Origin: Lytechinus pictus
Lineage: Eukaryota
DNA: 64,000 nucleotides
Assembly: GCF_037042905.1 (NCBI RefSeq)
Contig: NC_087251.1
Span: 46,562,001-46,626,000, forward strand
Reading direction: 5' to 3'
Positions 1-13,029 of this stretch are shown here, in pieces. Within the stretch, counting starts at the first letter, position 1. The number at the start of each line of letters is the position of its first letter. The translations under genes were made by a program, and so were the position numbers. Under the pieces are notes generated by a model. It was not told the DNA's origin, ran no database searches, and was given only the letters and a program-made list of their open reading frames with translations.

Positions 1-2017
1 TTTGTACGATGTTCGTAAAGCTATAAAGAATAGCATTTCAGACCAAATTTTACCCATTGACTCTTTTTAAAAGATACAGTTTTGAAGGACACAAAATAAA
101 TTTTTCATCTCAATCTCAATGTGGGTCAACACCAGATTCTTTCCTGCATGCACTTTAATCTTCATTTGAAAAAAAAAAAAAAAAAATTGAATTGAATTGA
201 ATTGAAAATGATTGCAATATACAATATTCACTACAACGATAAGCTACTTCCCACATGGAATTCATTCATCTTCATTCTGGGAGAAAATACAGTCTTATCA
301 CCTTATAACCACAGTGATAAGATGTTATATCCATGAAGAGTATATTTAAATTTCTCTTCTTTTTTTCATTTCGGTATCAAAGTGCAAGCATATCATACAA
401 ACCCGACTTGTTATACACCCCCCATTCAAACGTTTGCACTGCTACTGTTTATTAGCCCCAATAGTTCAAAGTTCCTCTTAAGCAAATCTTCAAGACATGT
501 ATTCAAAGTTAATGATGTCCAAAACTATTCAGATAATGAGCATACTCCAAGCTGTAACTGACACCACTAGCCCTTTATATATACATGTATGATAAATAAT
601 AACAATCCGCTTCTATAAAGGGCTTTTCACATCAGGATGACATCTCAATTAAGCGCTTTAATGAGGAATTTTCAATTACTTACAAAATCTATATTAATAC
701 CTTAATATTGATGTAGACACATTAGTGCAATGAAAGTGAATACTTTTGAAAAGAAGCTATCCAATGGAGGAACAAATGTGGTCAAATGTAATTCATTAGT
801 CAAAATCACTTCAGTTTTTTTTCTTAATATACTGCATATCTATAAAAGAACATTTTTGATCAAGTCACTGATTTTCTACCTTAAATCCCATCTACAAAAC
901 TCTGCACATCGGGGGAAGGGGGGAGGTGCATTTTAAGAAACACACAGTGAATTTCACTGAAAATTTTGCTTTGAGCCAAAGAGATGCAAGGATTTCGGAA
1001 GCTTATAACAAAAAAGTCAGTGAAAATCACCTAGTATTTGTTTCATGAAATGCTCCCCCATACCCCATCACCCACATGTCGGCCAACCCATCTAAAGGTT
1101 ACCTCGAGTCACATAAAAATCCATGCTGGAGGGGAACGATTAACATTCAGAATGCAGACTCTCCGAACCACATTGTCCTCTGTGACCAACTTGAGCATTT
1201 AATAGAGTGATCGTTGCAAGAAACTAGGAAATGTGCCACGGGTCACAAATGAAGTACTACACGAGGAACATTACCGCCAAAGGGGATGTCATGCACCGAG
1301 GAGATGACTTTTAATATTCCTCGTAAATCGGTAAACTGGGAAAATGTCTGATGAGACTTTGTAATATTCACGGAGAAATAGACGGCACCTTGAGTGCTGG
1401 TTGTAACAAAAGCTGTATTACAGAGTATTTCTTCCGCATAATGAAAATCTGGCCAATAATTTAACTGATGATAAAAAAATACATTTGAACTAGTTCTTAC
1501 CCTGCAGTCGCACCAAAGAAATGACTCCCGACTGATCAAAACCATTGTGTTATTTCGAGTGGCATATTACAATCAGTATGGAGTCAGCTTAATCGGTGTG
1601 AAGGACAGACCATCCCCAAAACCCTGAAGACAATTGACTGAATTCCTTTCAAACACAGAAATCATCCCTGATATTTACAACATTCATGTTGTTTGTCTAT
1701 TACATTCTTGCAAAATGGATAAAGTTTTATGAAACTGATTATCAATTATGAAATGACAGGGAGAAGGGAAAAGAAATGGGAGGAATGGCAAACAAATAGT
1801 GAAAGAAAGATTGTCAAAGAAGAACCATGGATGGCAAACTCTGGTAAGAAGTTTAATTACTGCAACATGGCCCTTGAGTTCCAGATCTTTTGCTACTAAT
1901 TTTTTTCTATTTGGTCCATTATTTGATCTAATCGACTTGCCAGACTGTTACTAGCGAGTGGCCAAAACTGTTTTGAAAAGGGAAAGTCAAGTGATTTTCA
2001 CTGACTATCGTTAAATC

Positions 2018-2399
2018 CAGGGTTCCCAGTTTTTCAAGAAAACAAAATTCCCTGATTTTTCCCTGAAGTTCGAAAATTCCCTGATAATTATTTAAACCCA
2101 TTCCCAGTTTCGCATGTTTTCTAAGTTGTTGCAGTGAATTACATGGATTTTCATTTCATTATAAAAACAATTATGTGAAACTAATTATTACCACCATAAC
2201 CAGTCATTCAATGGATGTTGTTTCGGTATGCAACAAAATATAACAGTCTGACTGAATACCGTGCTTTCGACTTTTGGGATGATCAAAATTCCCTGATTTT
2301 TCCCCTCATTTGAGGCATTTTCCCCTGATTTGAGGTATTTCTTTTCAAATTCCCTGTAAAACAACTTTCCCTGGTTTCCCTGATGGGCTGGGAACCCTG
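2018..2399. mobile_element. hAT-like MITE with 6-bp TSD, inserted into a short MITE
   Basis: TIR CAGGGTTCCCAG/CTGGGAACCCTG, many TTCCCTGA subterminal repeats, flanking TAAATC duplication. Confidence 0.85.
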
Positions 2400-2458
2400 T
2401 AAATCCCTGCATCTGATACCAAATTAGTCAGACAAATCTTTTCGTGAAATACTCCCCT

Positions 2459-2634
2459 GGGCCCCGTCATACTAAGAGTTACGATTGATCCAATCAATCG
2501 TAACTCTATGGAAATCCATCAGTGTCATAATTTTTTTATACAGGAAATTTGCACAAACATGCATTTTTTATGTTGACTTTGCTGGCTTTCCATAGTTGAT
2601 CGGATCAATCGCAACTCTTTGTAAGGCCGGCCCC
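2459..2634. mobile_element. Short Harbinger/Tourist-like MITE (GGGCCCCGTCTTACAAAGAGTTACGAT family)
   Basis: Inverted ends; related copies at 5981-6117 and 6118-6393. Confidence 0.65.
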
Positions 2635-2839
2635 AGATCTACATACATGTAGATCATAAAAGCTGAGGATAACTGGAAATACCAGGAGTCAGGGAGAGAA
2701 GTGTATGGCATGCATCACAACTCAGAGCTTGAAAATCATAACCAGGGTCTGTAACATTAGCTTAGCAATTGATCCTACACATTAATAATCAATGCAATCA
2801 ATCGTTGAAATCAACCCCAAAATCAATCACTGAGCTTAA

Positions 2840-3429
2840 AAGTCAAGTCCATCTCAGAAAAATGTTGATTTGAATAAATAGAGAAAAATCAAACTAGCAT
2901 AACACTGAAAATTTCATAAATATCGGATGTACATAAGAAAGTAATGAAATTTTAAAGTTTCGCTCATTTTTCACAAAAAAGTGCTTTGCACCACATGCAA
3001 ATGAGACAGACGATGATGTCCTTCACTATCTTTTTCTTTTGATTTTTATTGTTTGAATTATACAATATTTCATTTTTGCAGCTTTGACAATAAGGGCCAA
3101 CTTGACTGAACCATGTAGTATTAAACAATGCTAATTTAACATGTTCTGGGAGGAATTAATTGTTGTTTCACTTGATGAGGAGAAAAATTAGAATTTTTCA
3201 TATATCATATAATAAAATACAAAATAAATAGCGAGTGGATGATGTCATCAGTCTCCTCATTTCCATACTGATCAGGATGTGCATATAACTGTTTTGAGAT
3301 ATAAAGCGAAACTATAAAATGTAATAACTTTCTTATTTTACATCCGATTTTGATGGAATTTTCAGTGTTGTACTCATTGGATTTTTCTCTTTTTAGTAAA
3401 AAAAACTTTTTTTGGGGTGGACTTGTCCT
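2840..3429. mobile_element. Kolobok-like MITE family A (TTAA TSD)
   Basis: TTAA-AAGTCAAGTCCA...TGGACTTGTCCT-TTAA, long internal inverted repeats; homologous to 14306-14907. Confidence 0.85.
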
Positions 3430-4536
3430 TTAATGATACAGAACCCATGCTTGATATCACTTCATACTAGATTTAATATGATGCGACAAATAATAACATG
3501 AAGAGTCAACAGAACACCAGGGACGACAAACACAGCTTTATTAATGATAATAACACAGCATTTGTTATGATAAGGGCATTCCCCTCTACCAAGTACACTA
3601 TTCCAATTTGCAAGAGAATACTCTCGTGCTTACATCCGTCCCTGAACCCTGCAATGTGAACACAGACTAATGTGTTTTAGGCCAGCGGGGACTTGGACAT
3701 CGTGATGGACAATTTAAAGCTCCCCGCTAATTTGATTTGAGTGTGAACGGTGGCTGGTTGGTGGAAATTAAAATGTTGTGGGCCCACACCCCCCCCCCCC
3801 CTTTACCAGCAAAAATGCTGTCCTGCCGAGTTTCTGCGGGAGTTACCATAAACAGAAACAGAAGAGAGAGAGAGAGATAGGTGTATATATGAGAGAGATT
3901 GCTTATCTAACTTTCACATATGAAAATAAAATACAAATTCACATATTACTGAGCAATTTGAATTTTATATGCATGTTACTTAGTAATCTCATTTTTTATA
4001 TCTTATCTGACTGTATCTATCACAGTCACACATGTACATTTCTCACACTTATCACATCCATTACCACTGAGGACAGAATTGATGAACACGTATGTATTTC
4101 CTGCTTTTAATAATAACAGGCATAATCTAATAGTCCCATCTATCTGGAAATAAAACAAATGAAAGCAGTAGAATTTGCTAACTATGAACAATAGTGCAGA
4201 GGTTAACCATAGTCCCATACTAGCTCTTTTTTAAAATGTTGAACACTAAAAATTGCTGCTTCTAGAAATTTGAGTTGCTGCACTTTGTACATTGTTTCCT
4301 TCGCTTTCGCTTGTTCTCCGTTCCATGATTATAGGAATGTTAGGTTTCCCTCTCGCCATATTATGAGTCCAACTAGTACAGCAGCGTTCACTTTTATGAG
4401 CTAGTCACAAGTTAGATACGCAAGAGTATGATTGCAGACCTAAAATTATGCTCCACGTTCCTGCAGTGCCGTAATAGCTCTATAAATCATCTTGCACAAG
4501 TTTTTGTGATCCATCTGAGTGGGAAATTCACAGATA

Positions 4537-5036
4537 TGCTTTTCACACTGCACTTTTTTTCCTTAACCCCGGGAAAATGGTGGGGCTAAGAGGGGGTCTT
4601 CGCCCCACCAATTTCCAGGGGTTAAGCTTAGCCCACTTCGTTTTCACACTACGTTTTAGCAAAGTGGGCTAGCACGGTAAATAGTACGGTACTATCTGGC
4701 CCTGCAAAAAAGCAGGGATAGCCCGCTTATTTTGGTGCTAGCACCACAATTGTGGTGCTAAGAGATGCAGTGTGAAATGACACAGGGCTAAGGAAAAGTG
4801 GGGCTAAGCATTAGCCAATCACAGAAGTAGAAATTGCACGTTAATCGCGCTCTGTATGGTAAAATCATCAATATTCATGATCTGTGTGATAGTCCGGGGT
4901 TAAGGCGTTAACCCCGGCTAAGCAAATAGTATGGGATTAAGAAAGACGGTGTGAATCGAAAAAAAGATAGTATGGGGTTGAGGATAGTCCAGGGTTATGG
5001 ATAGTATAGGGTTAAGAAAATGCAGTGTGAAAAGCC
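4537..5036. mobile_element. Harbinger-like MITE with GGGCTAAG/GGGTTAAG internal repeats
   Basis: TIR GCTTTTCACACTGCA/TGCAGTGTGAAAAGC. Confidence 0.75.
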
Positions 5037-5612
5037 TAAGAGTTTCAATCTGAAAACAAAAAAAGTCTCTCCTGTGCTTGGGAAGATGCGTCTCCGACTG
5101 AAATCAACATTGGAAATTTCACCGTTTCCTGTGAAATTTCCCAGACAGAGAGTAATTGATTAGGAGTTCCTGAGAATGTTCGCTGACTCCTTGCCACCAA
5201 TTCCCCACCCCCCAAAAAAATACTGATACTTACCCCCCCCCTCCCCCGAAAAAGTCTATTCTTTTTATTGCGAGTTCATATTACCTATAAAATGTTTGGA
5301 ACACTTCCTAAAATCAATATCATTAGCTTTTAAACTAAAATGAAAGCTTTCCTGTCCTTCAAAAAACACCACTAGCCTAATATTTATACAGCAAGCTATA
5401 GTAATTTCAATGCAGTGAAACATTTCCTGAATGAAAATGGGGGAACACATACACAGCCACGTAAATATAAAACCCTCCAGAAACTGCATTGAGTATGCTA
5501 CTCTACATACTGACACAGCTACGTTGGCGAATACATTTCAAGACGGACCAAAGTTTTTGCATTATTTCCAACATCATCGGTCTGTTTGGAGACGGTTTCG
5601 TTGGTGTGATTT

Positions 5613-6431
5613 AGGTGTATTCAGACCGACTCGATCACCACAATACCTGTAAAGTTAAGGACTTGTTTAGGCCTCAAAATACCTGATCTTATTGCATTCA
5701 TATCGACGCAAAGCAGACCCTTTCGGGGAAAAGGTCTTGGAAGTCACCAGCATGCACATTACGGTCTGATTAGCAGGCGAGGCATGAGCAACCCATGTCA
5801 CCTGCACGCAACTACTCACTAGGCTGAGAAAGTTCTCATAGTTTGCTTTCACGATGCCAAAAAAGTGTGACCTTAAAAAAAATCCCTGCGAAAGTTCTCG
5901 TAATTTTCATATAGAGGCAAAAATCCATGGTATTTTCTGATTGGGGAAGATCAGGGTAAATTTCCCTGTCAGAGAATACCTGGGTCCCGTCTTACAAAGA
6001 GATGTGGTTTACAAAGGACATTTTGCAAAAATCCTGTAGAAAAAATTATGACGCTGATGGATTTCCATAGAGTTACGATCGATTGGATCCATCGTAACTC
6101 TTTGTAAGACGGGGCCCTGGAGTTACGATTGATCCGATAAACCTCAACGATTGATCCGATAAACCTCAACTGTATGGAAATCCATCTATGTCATAATTTG
6201 TTCCTAAAGGATATTTGCACAATGACCTTTTTATTAACGAAGACAAGCATACTGAATTGCCAAGAAAACTATGAATGTATGAATATACATCATAAACAGT
6301 TTGATCAAACACGCATTTTAGATGTTGACGCTGCTGGCTTTCCATAGTTGAGGGTGATTGGATCTAATGCCCCTCATTGTAAGACAGGGCCCCGGTATAC
6401 ACGAACTTTGAGCCAGTCTGAATATGCCCCT
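5613..6431. mobile_element. MITE family H copy interrupted by two nested short MITEs
   Basis: Left end AGGTGTATTCAGACCG, right end GTCTGAATATGCCCCT; body similar to 39977-40451; nested copies occupy 5981-6393. Confidence 0.7.
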
Positions 6432-6471
6432 TGGTGTAGGCGTAAGAAAGCGTCATATGTGAAAGACTCAC

Positions 6472-6593
6472 CTCGTTTACCCTTGCTACCAGCGGCTCCA
6501 GCCAGTGCTCATTACACTCACAATGGCTATCCAAGAAGGTGAGGATCTCTCCCGTGGCCAGGTCGGCTCCTCTCACACGTGATCGGATCAATC
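6472..6593 (-). CDS. GALNT2: GALNT2 coding exon 6 (Mn2+-binding DxH motif); gene continues beyond window start
   Basis: CGCAG acceptor, GTGAGT donor, 122 nt (phase 1 to 0); (G)[40 protein letters not shown]; the expected next exon (VVSPIIDVI) was not found in 1-6471. Confidence 0.97.
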
Positions 6594-8338
6594 CTGCGGA
6601 CAACCAAAGGGTTAACGAGCAAGCCACAAATGAGCTCATAAATCATTCACTGCTTCTCATCCAGCCATAATTCTCCCATCTCTGTTCTACCACCTTTCAT
6701 CAATTTGCATGATTTGTGTCCATCCATTGCGCCAGAGAATGGAGAATATAAATGGTAGTATTAGTCAGGCTATGGTAGGTTTCAGTGGGAATCAATTACT
6801 ATTTACTATCAACAATGAAGGTTATCATGGGTATAGGGGAAATACAAAAGAAAATCATATTCACAGCTAAATGTTGAGCTTTACATGCTTATGGGAGACT
6901 ATCACAACAATTAGGGTCGGATCGAAAAACAAAATTATTCTTAAATGGATAAGATGGTGATATCCTTTTTGATAAAATTTGTCTTTTCAATAAATCTTAT
7001 GACATAATTGGAATCCCTTTTAAAGAAAGTTCATATATTCTTTTTGATATATCTATTACAGTTACACTATAGGAATACAAGTAATTACATTTGAGCCATA
7101 GTAAACATACATAACATCAACTTCAGTATTATATTGGGTTCACGGTGCATTGAGCACAAGGAAGAAATCACACAATCTGGAGGGGAAATATGGAGACAAT
7201 GTTAATCTTACTGCTGTCAATTAAGCTATTTTTTTCTTTTTCTCTCAATAATTGATTAATTCTTGGCAAGAAGAGTCAAACACATTGATCAAAAACAGAT
7301 TTCCTTATGATTTACCGGAAACACACACTTGAGTATAACACAGCCATCTCACACCAGGAAGCCTTTATAGATTTAATCGTATCACTAACGTGTTTGTGTA
7401 AATTCAAACAGCGCCATTAGTTTGATTTCCGACAAGGGAGTCGCTAAAGAGCTTTTTAGCCATCAAATGCATCTCATGTTTTGTGCTCACAACGCCGTAG
7501 CCGAGATTGATGCGGATATGATATTATAGCGGGGGCATTGCGCCACGGTCTGTGGAAAACGGTCGGTAACTCGAGCTACTCTTGGGGAACGACTGAAGTG
7601 GTATATTGGTCCTTAAAGCTCACAACACTTCTCTGGGATGGGACATTCTACCTTCTCTCGTAACCTACTTTCAGGAGTCTGTACGGGCATTGAGCCTTTT
7701 CTTAGATATGTTACAATGGAATTCGATGGGGGAATGTATTTCCTTATGGCCTTCCGAGGCAGTATCAAACAGAAAAGTCATCTTATTATAAAGATGTCCC
7801 CGATAAATTCTTAGTAATACAAAAGAAATGAGAACAGCTTCAATTGAACTGATTTTGCAGATTTCCTTTGAGATTGTTCTCTCAATATTTGTATGTGATG
7901 ACACAAAATTGATCAAATAAAAATTTAAAAAAAGAAGAAAAAAAGAACTAATGAATAACAATAAACAAATACATGTTTGAATAAAACAATTATCAAAGAA
8001 AATTAAACCACTTTAAAAAACATACTTGAAAAGAAAAATAAATATGCCAATATAATCAATAAATAATCATACAGGAGTTTTAAAAGAAATATCAAAGATC
8101 ATATTTCTACTTTCTACTTCTAAGAAGACCCTCTGTCATCCTAACTGCAGAAGCTAAGATGCCCCTCATTCTCGGTCCCCATTTCACAAAACCTTTTATA
8201 ATAACAAATCTGTAATATTGGTAAAAAGCTATTGAAATCCTTCAATCTGATTGGCTGATAATAAATTTGTTATAGAAATTGTGCATTTGATATTATAACA
8301 AGTCTCTATGAGACGGGGACCCTTATAGGATTGCTCAC

Positions 8339-8404
8339 CTTGTCTCTTTTCATTCCTCAGGAGTTTCACCTTCTCAATCTTGAGTAATTCCTGACCATCT
8401 TCGG
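8339..8404 (-). CDS. GALNT2: GALNT2 coding exon 5
   Basis: TTGCAG acceptor with pyrimidine tract, GTGAGC donor, 66 nt (phase 1 to 1); (P)EDGQELLKIEKVKLLRNEKRQ(G). Confidence 0.94.
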
Positions 8405-8582
8405 CTGCAAGGAGAAGAAAAAAGAAGACAAATCAAACGTCAAATCTCTGCTGATGAGACACTTCCGTTCAGAACCTTCACACTGGAGGTGCCGTAGGCA
8501 GTTCTCACTGCCCTAAATTATAATATTCAATCTTATGTGCTTCACATAAGGAGAGCTAGCATCTTAAATGAATGGGCTTGTG

Positions 8583-8835
8583 CACTGCGAAAACTCTGGT
8601 GTTGATCGCTGTACATAAGACCACACCAGTCATTTAACTCTGGTGTTATATTCTTTTTCGGTTAATCTGACACCTACATGTACAGGTACGGGGTTATTAC
8701 AACACCTTTGGTTTTTACTTTGTAACACTCTTTAGTGTTATGTTAACACTGTAGGGTGTAACTTTAACACCTCAGAGTGTGGTCCTATAGGGACACCAAC
8801 TGGTGTCCCTTTAAGCACCCCAATTTTCTACAGTG
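8583..8835. mobile_element. CACTA/EnSpm-like MITE
   Basis: CACTG...CAGTG termini, 2-bp TG duplication, internal AACACC/GGTGTT repeats. Confidence 0.7.
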
Positions 8836-9475
8836 TGAATGGGGAAATGTTATACAGGTGTAAATACAAATCATAAGTTATTACATTGATTAAAAAGCTT
8901 TCATGAAACCATAAACATACAATCAACAAGACATCACTGCAAAATCAGCATGAAATGGACATGAGTTTGGATCCATTCATGAAATTATAATTTGGTAGCC
9001 CAAATTATATGATATTCTACATAAACTTAACTTAAGTCACATGTTTTCTGGCAAATTTGTCAGTGCTGTGAGAAAAAACATATCGAGACCCACTTTAGAT
9101 TAAATCTCTACAGCTTTGTAGAGTAGTCAAGCAAAGAAGCATTAACATTGACCCTATCTTCATTAGATATGAAACTCTTCCTATCATGGTCTAATAATAG
9201 CCCCTTTCACATTGAGCAAAGTTTACCTTGGTATACCAGCAGAGTGTAAGTTTATAGCAAATTCAACGTACAGTAAAATCTAATGCTACAGTCACACCCA
9301 CAAAGCCGACTCCAGACCGACAAATGCTTTTATATCATTATCAATGACCGACCAACTGTCGGTTTGGAATCAGTTTGGCTGGTGAAGCCGTACCCTACAT
9401 GTATGTCACGGGTACACAGAATCCCAGGTAAAAATCCTGTGAACTGGCTTTAAGTGCAATGTAAGTGGCCATCTC

Positions 9476-10142
9476 TAGGGACAGTGATTTTCCGCAATCG
9501 CGGAAAATGGACGGAATTCACGGAAATGGCCTTTTGAAACGGAAAGTGGAATTTCAAACGGAAAATCACGGGAAACATATTTTTCCTCAAAATACACAGA
9601 ACAGCAACAGAAATTACTCCAAAATCTCAACAAAATATGAACATTAAATGGCCAAAAAAACCCCCCAGAAAACACGATCTCACTTCGCTACAATCATGAC
9701 AATTTACACATCGTCACTGACTGACTGCACTTCATCACACTAGATCGTACCCCTCGCCCGTACCGTACCCGTTGACTGCTGAAAACGATGTCCAAAAAGC
9801 CCCAAAATTATCGTTGAAATTTCATTTAACCGTAAAATAATGCTAATATTGTGAAAGGTGAGGATGTATTCATGTTATATGTGTTTGTCAAAATATTTTG
9901 TATACCCGCATAGATTCGATTAGAACAGATTCTGTTGCGTTGTTGGTACAGTGGCAGATACAAATTTTGACCAGCGCGAGTGTTGTGATATTGCTATTCA
10001 ATGGGTAAACGGAATTGTTACTTTTGCTTGTACACAAAGTCTATGAGGAAACAGAATTTCCGTTTTCTGACATGCTGAAACGGAATTTAGGATTTTCTGA
10101 AACGGAAAAGGCAATTTTTGGAACTGGAAATCACTATCCCTA
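9476..10142. mobile_element. hAT-like MITE family C (6-bp TSD)
   Basis: TIR TAGGGACAGTGATTTTCC/GGAAATCACTATCCCTA, AAACGGAA subterminal repeats, flanks CATCTC/CATCTT; longer copy at 37634-38454. Confidence 0.85.
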
Positions 10143-11117
10143 CATCTTGTATGCAACATGACATGACTTTTCATTAGACATGTCCAAATGACACAAAAAA
10201 ATATATACATGCACCATATCTCCTTTTTAAAATCTTCATGTACATGTATACAGTAACAACCCAATCTTTGAACAAATAGAAATAGATGATGAAGAGAAAA
10301 AGTCAAGAAACAAAACTAGGGTTGGCCGGAGTGGGAAATACTGGTGGCAAAAACCGGTAAATACTGCCTCAACAAATTTTTTGGAAGATAGGAAATAGTT
10401 TGAAATGCAGGGAAATACTACGAAATATGCTTCTTGAATTTTTTTCAGGTATTTCCCAGGTGTTCCTCATGCATATTCTAGCATTTCTTGTAAGGCTGTA
10501 ACTCCCTGTACATGTATCTTGAGTACTTCCCAGCATTTACAAGTTTTTCCCAGTAATTCCCGCTTGGGCAGGAAATACCTAACTTTCATGAGAATTGGCA
10601 ATTGGCAAACAGGCAATGCAAGTGCCTGGATGAAAGAAGATACAGTCTAATCATCCCCTAGGATGAATATTGAAACCACTTCAGTCGTATTCAGAGAGAT
10701 CCGGAATAAAGATATCTCAACAAAAAGAGAGAACATTTCCAAACACAAAAGCAAGGCAAACAAGATTTTCAGAAAAGATAAAATGGTTTGTGTTTAATAC
10801 AAAGCTGAAGGAAATTATATTAAATGGTTGAAACCATTTCGAGTACAATATTTTGACTAGCATGTAAATGTACCGTTCTGATTATAAACAATGTGATAAC
10901 TGATACATCATGCCTATATTCATGTCAGCACAACAGATTAAACATTCAAAGTTTTAACCCAAAATATTTCCATGGCTTTTTTCTCACCCTATATTAGAAT
11001 GTTGTCATTCAACATAGAGGTGTCAAATATATCCTCTAAGCATAGAGCTGTAATAGCGCTATGCTCTAAGTTTATGCACTGTTCTGGAGATGATCATTCA
11101 GAGTATTCAAACTGAAA

Positions 11118-11430
11118 GGCCCGTATTCTGAACTTGGGTTTAACATGTAGACCGTGGTCTAACTCTTTGCTAAAATTATGGGAAACCAAACATTTCAAAA
11201 TTTGTTCACATGGTATGTTTCTTATGTTTACTCTGTTTTTTCCTAAATTATTTAATGTTGAAGACATTATCTTATTTATCCTTCCCAGACATTTAAGAAT
11301 GATTTGAGAGTTAAATGAGCTGATACTCGGAACCTCTACTGTTAGAGATTTATGTCACAATTGGCTATCCATAGTTAAACCACAACTTTAGACCAGAGTT
11401 TACATTAAACCCGACTTCAGAATACGGGCC
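11118..11430. mobile_element. Harbinger-like MITE family D
   Basis: TIR GGCCCGTATTCTGAA, 3-bp TSD AAA. Confidence 0.88.
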
Positions 11431-12222
11431 AAAGTGTGTAACACTGCACTAGTCTAGAACTATGATATGCAGCTCTGTTCACACTACAGACCTCCAAGAA
11501 ATAAATTTTGGCAAGTTAATTTTTAGGGATGTTATTTTGTTTAATTTATTAATAGGGATGTTATCTGTCACATTATTTTCAGGGATGAAAAAAGGAGTGG
11601 AAAAATATATAATGAATCCCCCCCCCCCTCCAGCGATAGTCCTAACAAAAATCACCGTTGATATGAATAAAGAACAATTTGTGATCGAATTGGCCATACA
11701 TAAGTTGTGTACTAAAAGAGTCAACCATCTCTCAGAGATATAATGAACGAAATAAAACCGTGCTATTATAGAGACATCACTCATCAAGCGTTCTTGGAAG
11801 CTTTACAGAGTCTGAAATACTCTGCATGCATCCACTAGACTACCCTAATAAAATTCCACACACCTTACACCATGGTAGGGTGACTTGATGGATGGAACGT
11901 CAGGTGCAAAGAATGGTTAGAATGTTTACGTTTGGTTTTCATCGTTCTCTGACAGACACATCAAAGAACATTAAACAGCTTGTTTCAATTACCCTGTTCA
12001 CATATAAAGAAAGCTAACAAACAAACAAAATATAAAAACTGCAAATTTAGCAGCAAAGGGTGTTAACATTTATACACAAAAACATGCATCAGTGAATTTA
12101 CTGCTATTTGCTTTCTCCTTTTTCTTGCTTATTTTGTGGCTATTTTGCAAATTTGATCAGAGAAAAAAACACCTCAATATTATTGTACAAGTTGTAGGAT
12201 TGTGATATAAAGCAAACTCATA

Positions 12223-12534
12223 GGCCCGTATTCTGAAGTCAGGTTTAAGTTAAACTCAGGTTTAAAGTTGTGGTTTAAGTATGGTCAGCCAAAAGTATCA
12301 ATTTTTGTTATTAAGTTGTACGTTTCTTATGTTTGCTGTGCTCTTTCTTGATTCATCGATGGTGAAGACAAAAATCTATATATACTTCCTAGACAATTAT
12401 GAATGATTTGAGAGCCAAATGAGCTGATATATGATATCCCTACTGTTAGTGATTTATGTAACAATTGGCTGTCCATACTTAAACCACAACTTTAAACCTG
12501 AGTTTAAGTTAAACCCGACTTCAGAATACGGGCC
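12223..12534. mobile_element. Harbinger-like MITE family D
   Basis: TIR GGCCCGTATTCTGAAGTC with extended inverted arms, 3-bp TSD ATA. Confidence 0.9.
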
Positions 12535-13029
12535 ATAAACTGCATCCACAAACATCAGCAAATATTGCACCTTCTTTGCAGATTCACAATATAATGCTCT
12601 CACTTTATGAGTTTGATCATGCTCTTTGATTTGTTTGAATGCTGAGTATGTTTGAAAATTTGTAACTAATGTTAATCTTAGGAAAAAGCTTACAACACAG
12701 TCATTAAAAAAACCTGGATGGCTCATGTCTCCATTTAACAAATTAATGTAATCATCTTTAAAAGCTCAAAATTGTCATTCTTAAAGAAGCGCAGACATAA
12801 ATTATTAATCCACATTTTTATTTTGATTGATCACTTTCATGAGTGGGTTTCTAAAGTATGAAAATGAACACAGTACAGAAAAAGGAGAGCCACTCGATTC
12901 TGAATAATCAACTCTGACCGATGATTGTTGAGTCGTCGTGGTGTGAAAAGAGAAATAGCTCTTCATCACCATCAAATATTCATGCATAGTATAGTAGATA
13001 AGTGCCCTTTATTGGCAATTACAAAATTA

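Noticed and set aside
1-6471. Next GALNT2 exon (DRTRVVSPIIDVI) or duplicated alternative exons
   Set aside because: No matching codons with splice sites found on the minus strand; the exon is presumed to lie outside the window.
8451-8480. CTGATGA as a second hammerhead core (also at ~1348, 15964 and 48943)
   Set aside because: No stem II followed by GAAA and no closing stem I.
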